From the NCBI GenBank assembly GCA_951406725.2, contig OX597830.1, positions 49,910,001 to 49,974,000 of the forward strand: a stretch of 64,000 nt of DNA, read 5' to 3'. The stretch comes from Octopus vulgaris. Lineage: Eukaryota. The notes under the pieces are model-generated. The model was not told where the DNA came from. It saw only the letters and a program-made list of their open reading frames with translations, and ran no database searches. Of the stretch, positions 36,035 through 49,660 are shown piece by piece (positions within the stretch are counted from its first letter, which is position 1; every line of letters starts with the position of its first letter). Made by a program: the position numbers and the translations under genes.

Positions 36035-36585
36035 TCACCATTTGCCAAATTCTGAACGCCTTACTTCCCTGGGCATGGACACATTAAAACTCCGACGTCT
36101 GGCAGCTGACTTGGCAGACACCCATAAAATTATTAACCATCATCATCATCATCATCGTTTAAAGCAGACGTTAAACGATGATGATGATGATGATGATCTT
36201 ACAAACAATAACTCTGAGCACCTTTTCAAACTCCACCTGTCTAACACCCATGGACATGTTTACAAAGTCAGAAAACAGCACAGCTCCCATGACTTTCGGA
36301 AACATTTTTTCATGCTAAGAGTTGCTGAAGCATGGAACAAACTACCGGCATCAGTTGTTAGTTGTCGGAGCACTGCATCCTTCAAAACTTCCATGCTTCC
36401 TGAGATTCGCCAACACTACACCTGATTTTCTCCCCTCCATACACACACAAGCATGTATCTGACTCATACACTGTTTGCTTTCCAGACATTTGTACATTAC
36501 TGCATATACTTTATATGCACTTTTGACAAGTTGTGGTGCACCTGAGCACTGTATACAATAATTTCATTATCATTATTTATTATTA
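36035..36585 (+). mobile_element. CR1 LINE 3' fragment with a 57 bp insert
   Basis: ERLTSLGMDTLKLRRLAADL...THGHVYKVRKQHSSHDFRKHFFMLRVAEAWNKLPASVV; 3'UTR gtggtgcacctgagcac and (TTA)n tail. Confidence 0.9.
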
Positions 36586-37802
36586 TTTAAGGCCTGCATC
36601 TCACTGTCATGCATCAGCACACTTCACAGGCAAGTACCATATAAACTGTCTTAACCCTGAGAAATAAACCCTGGGAAACACTTAGAATATATGTATGATG
36701 AAAAACCGAGACCTCTGGAGATATGCTGTGGCTTCGAAGACCCGACAAATGAAGTAAGTTCATGGCTCGCAGGACGGCCTGCTGTGCTAACCTTGGTTCA
36801 TAGGGCAACCTGCTGTGCTTGAGGAGTCCTATTGAGTCAAGTACATCAACATCAAAATAAAAATCAAATGGATATTGTAATTATGATACCTGTGCCGGTG
36901 GCACGTTGGGCCTCACAGAGGAAATGACGAATTCAACTTTGCTTGGTTTTGTCAGTGATGAACACTTGACTGCTAGACGCAACAATGATTTATCTCCCCA
37001 CCAGTTACAAACAGGCTCTGATATCATGATTAGCCAGTTACCTTGCTAAAAATATATATTAGTGACAGAGACAGTGTTAATACCAAGGGGTAATGTTTAT
37101 CCCCCACTTAAACATGGATGTTCTGTCAGAACAAACTATACAGCAGAAAACGCCATGAAAAAAATTCCCATAATGGCTTTTTGGTGCAAAATGCACTTTT
37201 GCTTATTTTGCTAGTTGGGGAGATGAATGCTCTCTACCTCCAACATCAGACCACCACATCAAGTATTTAAAGGAAGACTCAGTGGGAAATAAACAAACAT
37301 TATTCTTTACCTTTACTGTATAACATGGAAATTCAAAAGTCATGTGTTTGGTGATGTGACACCGCTAAACAATATACATTCTTGTAGCAATTTACTGACA
37401 AGAGGCTGGTACCCAGAGATACATGATATCTCTTCTCTGGCCTTTCTTTTAAGTTCTTACATGTGCTATTTTTTTCACCAAACTTCTAGATGTCCTTGTC
37501 TTCTAAATATCTGACATTAAAGGTTAGATTGATCTTCTCTGAGGAGGTTTAATAAGACCAAAATATGTATAGAGTTATCAATACACTACCAATAGTCAGA
37601 CTATCTCCCCTAACCTATTGTATTCTATATTAAGGAAATTTGGGGTTGTGCCCCTTGGCTCTTTTTTTTTTTTTTACCAGAATTAACCATTAAGCTTGTG
37701 ATAATTTTCTTACTGTTATGGTTGGAATTTGGCTTGAAATTTCTTCGCTTGATATATTGTTATCTTTGGTTCTAACAGAATTTAACTGGGAATTATAAGA
37801 TA

Positions 37803-38216
37803 CTAGCAGCTAAGCCCGGTTTCACCCGGTCTGTTTGGATGATGTGTCGGTGATCGTTTTCAGTTAGGCATAATCTATAACAGCGTTTGTCAACCATATC
37901 ATTTCGGGTCCCCTGTTTCGATTGGAGCCCCCAGCTGTATGAAAATTTCCTGACCCCCACCCCGTCAGAAAACAGCTTCTAAGCAACTGGTTATTTTAAT
38001 GGCAGAAGAAAGAGGGAAATTCCATTAGAAAAGGTTTTAATTGATTTTCTCAGTAAGTATGGGGGTTAGGAAAAAAATACAAACCGCATTCCAGTCTATG
38101 CACCTGTCCCCACATGTGTGCCATTTTTCAAGCGAATCCACCCAGCCGTTTGGCTGTGAACCTCAAGACAAGAAAGAATACAACGATCGCCCATCTCCAA
38201 TTTATATTCTCGATGA
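37803..38216 (-). mobile_element. Non-autonomous Helitron (second family)
   Basis: Minus strand ends ccgggtgaaaccgggc hairpin, ttagctg, CTAG|T; 5' A|TC near 38213-38216. Confidence 0.7.
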
Positions 38217-38989
38217 TGGTCTGGCAGGAACTGAACATGTTTCAATACTAGATGCACATGAATGCTCACACACATGCAAACATACAACTACACATACACA
38301 CAAAAAGATACATACACATACATGCACACACACAGAAATACATATGCACAAATATACATACACACACAGAAGTACATGTGCAGATCAAGCAAATGCATGC
38401 ACTCAGATGTGCATACAGATATGCACACAAACACACACACATACAACAACAAATGCATGCAAATGCACACGCAGACATACACATACATGCACACTGCATA
38501 CACATGCTGACACACGCATAAATAAAAGAAAGATAATCACACACACACACGCACACACCCAAATGTATGGACAAAGATTTAGATGCATACAAATAGACAG
38601 TTACACACACACACACAACATACAAGTACGCAATTATACAGCAACACACACACAATGAAACGGACAGAAAATCCAAATAGATGAAATAGATAGAAAATCC
38701 CACACAAATACAACATAGAGAGAGGGGGAGGGGGAAGTGGGGGGAGGGGAAGGGGGGGGAGGGGAGGGGTAGAGAGATATGAATATGTTTGATGTGATAG
38801 AAAGTAATTATCGGCCTGTAGACTCTGTAGTCCCCTGGTTCTCGTATTTTGGTCACCATAAAATGTCTGCTCACATAATAAAGGACTGGACTCTTTAGAG
38901 TCCAAACATTGGCAGCACAAAAGCCTTTTTTTCATTATCTCCGTAAATCAATTCCATCTTTTGACGTCTGTTTGCCAGAATGTACACAC

Positions 38990-39100
38990 ACACAGACATA
39001 TATGCATGTACATATGTGCATGTATGTATATTATATTATATACATATATATATATGTATGTATATGTATGTATATATATGTATATATATATATATATGTA

Positions 39101-39146
<46 letters not shown>

Positions 39147-39213
39147 TATATATGTATATATATATATGTATATATATGTATATATATATGTATATATATA
39201 TATATATGTATAT

Positions 39214-39246
<33 letters not shown>

Positions 39247-39439
39247 TATATATATATATGTATATATATATGTATGTATATATATATGTATATATATATA
39301 TATATGTATATATATGTATATATATATATATATGTATATATGTATATATATATGTATATGTATATATATATATGTATATATGTATATATATTATGTATGT
39401 GTATATATATATGTATATATATGTATATGTATATATATG

Positions 39440-39475
<36 letters not shown>
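38990..39475. repeat. Compound (TA)n/(TATG)n and (GA)n microsatellite
   Basis: Visible directly. Confidence 0.95.
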
Positions 39476-40679
39476 GTAGGGGAGAGTCCTAAGGGTAGAA
39501 TGATCTTTTCATTCATGACTGAAATTGTGTTTTCTGGGTGAGTGAATGGTTTCCTATTGATATAAAGAGACTTATCGACAGAACACTTTTCATAAATATA
39601 CACTCCAATCCTGTACTTTTCATATGTGCTACATATGCATACATATATATATATTATATATATATACATGAATGTACTGTACGCACATATATACATATAC
39701 ACAGTGTATTTGTTGGTCACTAGCAAATATTCATTTAACCAATATATAATTTTAGTAATTGCTTATTAGTCTTTGCAAGTCTCAACTCCCAAAACACTTA
39801 CACGGCCATTGCGTTCAGAATATTTCCAAGAATTTTGTCATATTTGAAAAATGAAAATTGGCCGACATTATTGATGATCTTCTATGTTAATCATTTTTCC
39901 AACTGTTGGAATATATCTGAATGTTGTTTTTACTTTTAATATCTATTTATTTATTTGTTTGTTTTTTTTAGAACCAACCATTTATTGGTTTTTGCTAGTC
40001 ATCAGTCAATTCATTGTTGCTACTTTCATTCTAAACTCCCTAAACCATTGGTAAATGTGTCTTTCATTGGCTGTATTTACACTGCAATTCCTTTACTAAA
40101 GTGAGATGAATATATATATATATATAAGGGGTGGGAAATAAGCAGACAATATTACTGGCAGTGTGGCAAAAACGAATCCAAAAACCATGCTACTTTATAT
40201 ACCCACGTATCTATGCATTGTTAGATAATCTTCCAATTTGGAGTGTGCAGAGAATGGAAATCAACAAAAAACTGTGCATCAAAAAGGACTTTGATAGTAT
40301 ACACAGACTGTTAGGAGAATAGCTGAGACTTATGGAATTCCTCAAAAGCTTAACACCTTAACCCTTTTGTTACTGTATTTATTTTGAGATGCTCTGTGTT
40401 ACTTTCAATTATTTTAGATATAATAAAGAATTTATCAATATAACTTAGTTATCATTCAGCTAGTGTTAGGACCAAATTGTGACTATGACTTGGTGGAAGA
40501 TTTTAATTTAAAACTTATGAAAACAGGACAGTTGTACTCAGATCCAGAGCCGGGTTAAAGAGCCTGTACAGGGATACATGCTGCTTTATCAGAACTTGTA
40601 GTAGATGTACAGAGATCTTCAACATAGTCTTAGGAGTGTGCTAAAGCTGCATGTTATCTCCGCTACTGTTCCTACATAC

Positions 40680-42130
40680 AAGTGATTTTTGATGCAAAAG
40701 GCCATAAACGACCCACATCTTTGAATCAGGTGGAATACTTCTCATTTGATTTACCTGGATTTTGCAGATGACGTTGCCCTTTTCAGCAAATCAGAACAGT
40801 CGTGGCAGATGTTGACCAACAGCTTAGCAAATAACGCAGCTAAAGATGGTCTAAGGATCAGCTAAGAAAAGATGGTCATGCCAGTGAAGGAAGAAAAGCC
40901 TATGAAGACACAAGTGCAGATAAATTTGAGGGGTTCATCTACTTGGGTAACAGCATTTCCAAAAAGGGTTAAACAGAGCAAGATGTGCTGTGCAGAACTG
41001 GAAAAGCAGGTTCTGTTTTTAGGAGGCTCAGAAGCATCTGGCAATCTAATCACATGACTTTAAGAAGCAAGATAGTTTTGTACAGCTCTTTGATCATCCC
41101 ACTTGGCATCTATGCTAGTAGAATGTGGAAGATGATAGCAGGACTCATCAATAAGATGCATTCCACTAGAGGTGACTTCAATTACTTAACATCTCTTGGC
41201 AAGACAGAATGACCAATGACAAAATCTCTGGGAGAACCAAGCTGATAACCATTTAGCATCAGAGTGAAAAATCATTGTCTGAGGTTACTTGAACCAGTCT
41301 TTAGAATACTATCAACAAAGGCGGTGAGCTGGCAGAAACGTTAGCACGCCGGGCGAAATGCTTAGCGGTATTTTGCCTACCGCTACGTTCTGAGTTCAAA
41401 TTCCGCCGAGGTCGACTTTGCCTTTCATCCTTTCGGGGTCGATAAATTAAGTACCAGTTACACACTGGGGTCGATGTAATCGACTTAATACCTATGTCTG
41501 TCCTTGTTTGTCCCCTCTATGTTTAGCCCCTTGTGGGTAATAAAGAAATAGGTATTTTGTCTGCCATTACGTTCTGAGTTCAAATTCCGCCAAGGTCGAC
41601 TTTGCTTTTCATCCTTTTGGGGTTGATTAAATAAGTACCAGTTATGCACTGGGGTCAATATAATCAACTTAATCCCTTTGTCTGTCCTTGCATGTCCCTT
41701 CTCTGTTTAGCCCCTTGTGGGTAGTAAAGAAATAGGTATTTCATCTGCCATTACGTTCTGAGTTCAAATTCCACCGAGGTCAGGTTTGCCTTTCATCCTT
41801 TCAGGGTCGATAAATTAAGTACTAGTTACGCACTGGAGTCAATGTAATCGACTTAATCCCTTTGTCTGTCCTTGTTTGTCCCCTCTATGTTTAGCCCCTT
41901 GTGGGCAATAAAGAAATAAGAATACCATCAACAAGATACATGAAACCCTGCTTTGACTGGAAGGTGGAAAAAGGAAATGTAAATTCCCATTAATAACATG
42001 GAAGTGGACAGTTCTGAAGGATTTTGAAAGAAGAGGAGTTGAGCTGAGAGGATGCCAAATCCCTTACAGAAGACTGCAGAGGGTGAAGATCTTTTGTTGC
42101 TGCCAATATTCCATAGGGAATAAGATGAAC
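40680..42130 (+). mobile_element. Degenerate RTE LINE (RT C-terminal half) interrupted by a SINE trimer
   Basis: LDFADDVALFS catalytic motif at ~40755; RTGKAGSVFRRLRSIWQSNHMTLRSKIVLYSSLIIP. Confidence 0.85.
41319..41918 (+). mobile_element. SINE family A trimer within a single 16 bp TSD
   Basis: TSD agaatactatcaacaa (41303-41318) and agaataccatcaacaa (41919-41934); units rejoin at aaagaaata|ggtattt. Confidence 0.92.
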
Positions 42131-42882
42131 TAACCAAATAACTATACTAACTTTGTTAGATAATCTTTCTATTCAGATTATAGGCCAGCATATGTATCAT
42201 CAGACCCAGAAAAGCTCCTATTTGCAATTCTTGGCCTAGTCCCACCTGAAGACTATTGAAGACAATACCAATAGAACTGTAATGTCAGTGAAATTTCCAA
42301 GATGTGGGCAAACTATAAATTCTTGTTAGAAAACATTTAGAATGTAAAACAACTGAACAAAAAACATCAGCAATTGTCTGGCACTCTCCAGTGATTCTTC
42401 CAATCCACTACCCAAACAATAATAATAATAATAAGGGGTTAAGTCGATTAAATCGACCCCCAGAGCTTAACTGCTACTTATTTTATTGACCCCCAAAAAG
42501 GATCAAAAGCAAAGTTGACCTCAGCAGAATTGGGACTCAGCATGTCAAAATGTCACTAAAGATTTTGCCCAACGTGCTAATGATTCTGCCAGCTCGCTGC
42601 CTTAGATTCTTCTTCTTCTTCTTCTTTTTCGTCATCTTCTTCTTTTTCTTCGTTGTCGTCGTCTTCATTTTGTCACAAGGCCAGCAATTTTAGTGGCGAG
42701 AGCAGATCACTTACATTAACTCCAATATGTAACTGGTACTTTATTTTATCAACCCCTAAAGAAGGAAAGGCGAAGTTGACCTCAGCAGGATTTGAACTCA
42801 GAATGTAAAAAAAAAACTGAAGGAAAACAGTAGAACATTTTGTCCAGCATGTTGATAATTGTGACAAGTATTAATCTTGAGA

Positions 42883-43138
42883 AGTGATACTCAATCGGGG
42901 TCAATATGGCCCTGGAGGTTCACATAAGATTTGTTGTTGCTAAAATTTATGCACAGTAAATTGGTTTCTCTTCTACAATGTAAAACATATTTAAACGATT
43001 TTTTAAATACGATTTCTATTAATACTTAATTATAAAAATATAATAGGATGTTTTTAAACATTGAATGGCCATGGGGGTCCGTCCAACTAAAATAGGAATC
43101 AAAAGGGGTCCATAGGTGAAAATGGTTGAGAACCACTG
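42883..43138. mobile_element. Old hAT-Charlie-like MITE
   Basis: Ends agtgatactcaa and ggttgagaaccactg. Confidence 0.6.
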
Positions 43139-43238
43139 GTGAAGAAAAATATAAGATATTTTCATTTGTAGACATTGTACATTAGTATGATGTTTGCAAC
43201 TGTTTCCTTTGGCATTTGATATTGGTATTTGATATTTT

Positions 43239-43549
43239 GTGGAGGCACAATGGCCTAGTGGTTAGGGCAGCGGACTCACGGTCGTAGGATCGTGGTTTCA
43301 ATTCCCAGACCAGGCGTTGTGAGTGTTTATTGAGCAAAAACACCTAACACTCCACAAGGCTCCGGCAGGGGGTGGTGGCGATCCCTGCTGTACTCTTTCG
43401 CCACAACTTTCTCTCACTCTTTCTTCTGTTGGGCTGCTCGCTTAGCCAGCGGGGTGGCGTCATTTGAAGGCTAAAGCAATGCGAAGCGCATTGTGACCAG
43501 CAATGTGTAACAACATCTGATAGCCTGGTCGGTCACGGTGATCACGGTG
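43239..43549 (+). mobile_element. SINE family C (tail 2) with 12 bp TSD
   Basis: TSD atttgatatttt at 43227-43238 and 43550-43561; tRNA-like A and B boxes. Confidence 0.9.
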
Positions 43550-44365
43550 ATTTGATATTTTAAAAGGTTGTATGTTTGTGTTTACATCTGTATGTGTATG
43601 TGAGTTTTATGTATATGTGCATGTATACGTGCAGACAGACAGGTTGATAGATAGATAGATAAGTAGGTTGGTAATCAGATAGCCAGACAGACAAATAGAT
43701 AGATAGATAGATAAACACACATACAGGCACATTCATTCACCCAGTACAAAAACCTATACTTCATCCTTTAAACATTATGGTAGCATTAAACAATGCTATA
43801 ATGCCAGACTACACTCGCGGAGTGGTTGGCGTTAGGAAGGGCATCCAGCTGTAGAAACACTGCCAGATCAGACTGGAGCCTGGTGCAGCCCCTGGCTTCC
43901 CAGACCCCGGTCAAACCGTCCAACCCATGCTAGGGCACAAAACAGACATTAAACGATGATGATGATGATACACATAGAACCTGTTCTGTCTGTCTGTGCT
44001 GGCATAGCACTGTATACAGGCACCAATCTATAGCAAACATTTTTTTTTCTGCATAGATTATTCTCAAAGAAGAAGCAGGACATTATCTGGTGTGTGTGTG
44101 TTAGAGGGTGAGTGAGAGAGAGAGAGAGAAATACCCCTTTCTGGGTTTCAGTTAAAGATTTTTATTGTTGTTGGCCACTGAAGAATTTTCTGGGTTTGTA
44201 ATGGAAGGTCAGTCTTAGTGATGCAATTTTGACCTTGTTAGTGTTGGTCAGCCATCAGAAGAGATCCTCAGAGAGAGAGAGAGAGAGAAGTGACCCCTTT
44301 CTGGGTTTCAGTTAAAGATTTTAATATGTGTTTGATAATGATTATACTCAATTATTATATTTATA

Positions 44366-44650
44366 TCTCTCTCTATATAAACGGCAGTTTGTCTGTGCGT
44401 GTTTCTGTGTGTCTGTTTGCTTGTACCCTCACCCTGACCACGGCTTTCAACCGATTCTGATGAAACTTGACACACACATAGCCCAATGTCATAATTCAAA
44501 ACTAATGCAGCGAAAATTTTGAAAAGTTCCCCCAGTTCTGAAAAAAATCGATAAATTCGACATGGGGTCGAGAATCAGAAACACAAACCATAAACTGTCT
44601 AGGGGACGCAACTCCACCTTTTTAAATCTCAAAAAAAATTTACCATAATT
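44366..44650 (+). mobile_element. 3'-truncated non-autonomous Helitron
   Basis: A|TC 5' end and high identity to 48341-48625; no CTAG end. Confidence 0.85.
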
Positions 44651-44697
44651 TGTTTGATAACTGATTATATTCAATTATTATATTTATATTATATATT

Positions 44698-44924
44698 TAA
44701 GCAAATTAGACAGGTGAATAAAGTATATTAAATATATGAAATACAAAAAAATGTGTATATATGCATATATAAAAAGGATTTGTTATACTTTTCCTCCACC
44801 CCTTCAATTTTCCATTTCATTTGTATTCTGTGTAAATTGGACCTTTTTATATATATACACATATATACATTTTTTTTGTATTTCCTGTATTTAATATACT
44901 TTACATATTAATCTAACTTGCTTA
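44698..44924. repeat. Degenerate foldback related to 54384-54615
   Basis: Arms taagcaaattaga...tataaaaagg and cctttttata...tctaacttgctta. Confidence 0.65.
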
Positions 44925-45321
44925 TCCCTGCATTTACTTTTATACACACTCAAGTTTAAATCTCTTGAACAATAAGTGTATTCTACACGGAGAACATTTG
45001 GATCTCATCTATGAACTATATATTTAATGTTACATATTTAAAATTTTATATTGCACAACATCATCATCGTCATCATCATTTTCATGTCCATTCTTGCATG
45101 TTTACATGTGCCACACTGAATTCGTTGAAGCAGATTTTCTACTGCCAAATGCTCTTCCTCTTCACCTTTGCTTATTTCCTCTTCATCAGACAGGATTTCA
45201 CAGATGACTGGGAATGAAGGACGCTACTTGTAACTTCAATTTTCATTACTATCCCATGATGTCAAGACAATGAGACACTAACATACACAGCAGCATGCAC
45301 ACATCCGCACACCTAAACAAA

Positions 45322-45372
<51 letters not shown>

Positions 45373-45960
45373 ATATGTGTGTGTGTTTATATATGCATAC
45401 ACCAACAGACAGAGCACTGCCAACATCTGACCATGGAGATACACTGTCCCCTCAGATTGACAGCCAATCACTCTGAAATGTTAATATTGGAGCTTTTGGC
45501 ATGAATGCCAAGTAGTACAGAATGTTGTTTCCAAATTTCTGGCAGAGAGAATTGTGTCATGGTGCTGTTTTTCTCACAGATGGTGCCCAACTGACCCTAC
45601 TATACAGTGTAGTTGAAAAATCAAGCACAAACAATGTGCATGCATGAAATTAAAAGCATGGAATGGTGACAGTTTACCCATCGCACCCAGTATATGTATA
45701 TATTTATGTGTGTGTGTGTGAGTGTATTTGTCCACCCTGTCATCACTTGACAACCGATGCTGCTGTGTTTATGTCCCTGTAACTTAGCAGTTTGACAAAA
45801 GCGACAGATAGAATAAGTACTAGGCTTACAAAGAATAAATCCTGGGAGGTCAATTTCTTTGATTAAAACCCTTTAAGGTGATGCTCCAGCATGACAACCG
45901 TCAAATGACTGAAACAAGTAAAAGAATTTAAAAATACATATGTATGTATATATATATATA

Positions 45961-46571
45961 AGATCCGGCAAGCCAAGTGAGACCATAATCCATGGCCTAT
46001 GCCAGGGGTGTAACCAGCCCACTTATGCATACCTTTCCTTCATTGGACACTAAACTCTGCTTGCGAAGACCTGTTGAGGCAAGTGAAATCAGAATCGAAA
46101 TCAAATTCGTTGACTGGCATCTGTGCTAGTGGAACACTAAGAGCACCATCAGCGCATGATAGATGCCAGAGCAGCCGACTGGCTTCCGTGCTGGTGACAT
46201 GTAAAAAGCACCATTCAAGCGTGATCATTACCAGCGTCGCCTTACTGGCACTTGTGCCGTTGGCATCTGAAAAAACATTTAAGTGAGGTCGTTGCCAGTG
46301 CTGCTGGACTGGCTCCTGTGCAGGTGGCATGTCAAAAACACAATTTGAGTGTGGTCATTGCCAGTACCACCTGACTGGCCCTTGTGACTGTGGCACTTAA
46401 AAGCACCCACTACACTCTTGGAGTGGTTGGCATTAGGAAGGGCTTCCAGCTGTAGAAACTCTGCCAGATCAGAGTGGGGCCTGGTGCAGCCATCTGGTTT
46501 GCCAGACCTCAGTCAAATCGTCCACCCCATGCAAGCATAGAAAGCAGACGTTAAACGATGATGATGATGAT
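45961..46571 (+). mobile_element. Retroposon family D, longest copy
   Basis: Internal gtgc(c/t)ggtggca(c/t)gtaaaa-like sub-repeats; 3' gacgttaaacgatgatgatgat. Confidence 0.8.
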
Positions 46572-47295
46572 AATATATATATATATATATACATATACAC
46601 ACACATATGCATGTATGTGCATGTATATGTGTATGTGTGTGTTTCGGTGCATGTGTATTTATATATGTTTATTAGATAGCATATAAGCTGCTGAGAGTAT
46701 TTCTTATTTGCAACCACTCCTTCTTACGTAATCACTCCAAACTTGAAACTTTTAGCTGCAATGTATAATAAAAATAGACAATCACACACACTGACTCTCT
46801 GTTTCACATACACTCACACACACTCACACACACACACACGATGATATATACCTGTGTATATATATGTATACATACATATATAGGTGTTTGTGAATGTATG
46901 TATATGTATGCCACCAAAGTTATTTACTTTGAAAGTCTACGCAGTAAATTTGATGATGTTTACCTCCGATAAGTAGCAATACAGTCATTTAATGCCTTCA
47001 TCATACTGTCCTTTCATTGTCATCCTCATCATCCTCATCATCATCATCATCATCATTCCTATGGCTCTTGTAGTCGTCGTTGAGTTTGGTACTTATAGGA
47101 AACCATCTTCAACACCAATTTAGACTGTCGGCAGAAGACATGAGATTGCATTCAGGAATTCCAGTTCCTTGCCACAGATGGAAATTATAGACTGACTCTG
47201 GTTCTTTATTGAACCACCGAAGGATACTTGACTTTTTTGTGAGGGGTGTGGATGTACATGTATTACATAATATTAAAACAGATCGATGTGTGTTA

Positions 47296-47343
<48 letters not shown>

Positions 47344-47417
47344 AGTATGTATATGTATGTAAGTATGTATATGTATGTAAGTATGTATATGTATGTATAT
47401 ATATATATGTAAGTATG

Positions 47418-47448
<31 letters not shown>

Positions 47449-47758
47449 GTATGTATATATATATATATGTGTGTGTGTTTGTGTATATACATGTATGCGT
47501 TTGTGTATATACATGTATGCATTTGTGAATATATATATACATATACTCACACACGCACACATAAAGTATTAAGATATACGTACACTGACACACACAAGCT
47601 GGCATATACAAGAGACAAAAAATAGCTGAGTGTCCTTGGGTGGTTCAATATAGTTCTAAAGAGATTTCTATAATTTTCATTTATGGCAAAGAACAGAAAT
47701 ATCTGAATAGAATCATATGTTTGCTTGTATATGTGTGTGTATGTGTGGATATACATTC

Positions 47759-47814
<56 letters not shown>

Positions 47815-48340
47815 AAGATGTTTAGAATGTATAACAAGGTGCCTCAATTTAAGTACCTAATTCAACTGAATCTAGATTATATATAAGCTTGTGTACCCAT
47901 ATGTACATATATACCTACATGTATGTATGTATGATCATCATCATCATCATATGTCCGTTTTCCATGCTAAACGATGATGATGATGATAGTACATACATAC
48001 ATGTAGGCATATATGTACATATGGGTACACAAGTTATGTATGTATATATGTGTGTGTGTGTGTGTATGTATGTATACATAGTCACGCATGCAATATTGAT
48101 GCATGTAGGCAGAGGCGTAGCTGAGTGGTAAGAAGCTTGCTTCTCAGCTACATGATTCTTAGTTTGATTCCACTATGTGGACGAGTTCTGTGACATGTGG
48201 AGAAAATTCATTAGCAAATCTGTGCTCATGATTAGATTTTAGCACCTTCTAAACTCACCTGGCTAGCACTACCCATTTTAAAATGAAATCACTAAAAATT
48301 CCACAACATAGAAGATAACATTATATACACCAATATAAAA

Positions 48341-48723
48341 TCTCTCTATATATAAACGGCAGTTTGTCTGTCTGCGTGTCTGTGTGTCTGTTAGGTTGTA
48401 CCCTCACCCTGACCATGGCTTTCAACCGATTCTGATGAAACTTGACACACACATAGCCCAATGTCATAATTCAAAACTAATGCAGCGAAAATTTTGAAAA
48501 GTTCCCCCAGTTCTGAAAAAAATCGATAAATTCGACATGGGGTCGAGAATCAGAAACACAAACCACAGACTGTCTAGGGGACGCAACTCGACCTTTTTAA
48601 CTCTCAAAAAAATTTACCATAATTTTTTTTCCATTTCTTTGCTATTTTTTGGCTATAACCCTCTAAAAATGCTTTATAGTTATTTCCCTTACAAACCCGA
48701 GCAACGCCGGGCAATACTGCTAG
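48341..48723 (+). mobile_element. Complete non-autonomous Helitron
   Basis: A|TC...cccgagcaacgccggg hairpin...CTAG|T, with no TSD. Confidence 0.92.
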
Positions 48724-48849
48724 TAATATTATAAAATGTATTAGTGTTAGGAGGAGTATCGAGCCATTAAAAACCCTGCCAAAACAAACAGGAAAGCCTT
48801 GTGCAGTCTTTTGCCTGGTCAGCTCATGTCAAACTGTCCAACCCAATAG

Positions 48850-48997
48850 ATGTGGTGTGCAAAAGAGAAGACTATAGATTTGGTCATGTGATGCATACAG
48901 ATGAGGGCAACTATATAAAGAAATGCTGATCACTTGAAGCAGATGAAGCCTGAGGAAGAAGGAAACCTAGGAACATGTGGGATAAAACATTGAAGTC
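48850..48997 (+). mobile_element. RTE LINE C-terminal fragment
   Basis: FGHVMHTDEGNYIKKC*SLEADEA*GRRKPRNMW matches the WFGHV...RGRGRPRKTW pattern. Confidence 0.7.
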
Positions 48998-49660
48998 ACA
49001 GAAACCAAATGGTGGTGCTGCAAGTGATAGAGGCCTTCCAAGTGGATATCACTTGGCAACTGTAGATTCACCTACTGCCCGTGAACCTTGTAACTTGTCC
49101 AGCTCAGCAGAACTTGTGATTTTGGTATATTCTCTGATCATCTTGTTCACTCCATTCTGTTCTTGCATTACCTCATTTTGTATACATTCTTGCAATGTAT
49201 ACAGAAACCAAATGGTGGTGCTGCAAGTGATAGAGGCCTTCCAAGTGGATATCACTTGGCAACTGTAGATTCACCTACTGCCCGTGAACCTTGAAACTTG
49301 TCCAGCTCAGCAGAACTTGTGATTTTGGTATATTCTCTGATCATCTTGTTCACTCCATTCTGTTCTTGCGTTACCTCATTTTGTATACATTCTTGCAATG
49401 TATACAGAAACCAAATGGTGGTGCTGCAAGTGATAGAGGCCTTCCAAGTGGATATCACTTGGCAACTGTAGATTCACCTACTGCCCGTGAACCTTGTAAC
49501 TTGTCCAGCTCGGCAGAACTTGTGATTTTGGTATATTCTCTGATCATATTGTTCACTCCATTGTGTTCTTGCGTTACCTCATTTTGTATACATTCTTGCA
49601 ATGATATTCCTAGCATGGATCTTTCCAAAGCCCTTTGCTTGGAGTATCTGTCCAAAACTT
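48998..49660 (-). mobile_element. RTE LINE fragment triplicated as a 203 bp tandem repeat
   Basis: Units start at 48998, 49201 and 49404 and are nearly identical. Minus strand reads QRALERSMLGISLQECIQNE / AGQV.RFTGSR* / VAK*YPLGRP. Confidence 0.85.

Noticed and set aside
48998-49603. CRISPR-like or coding repeat array
   Set aside because: No unique spacers; the unit is a decayed RTE LINE piece.
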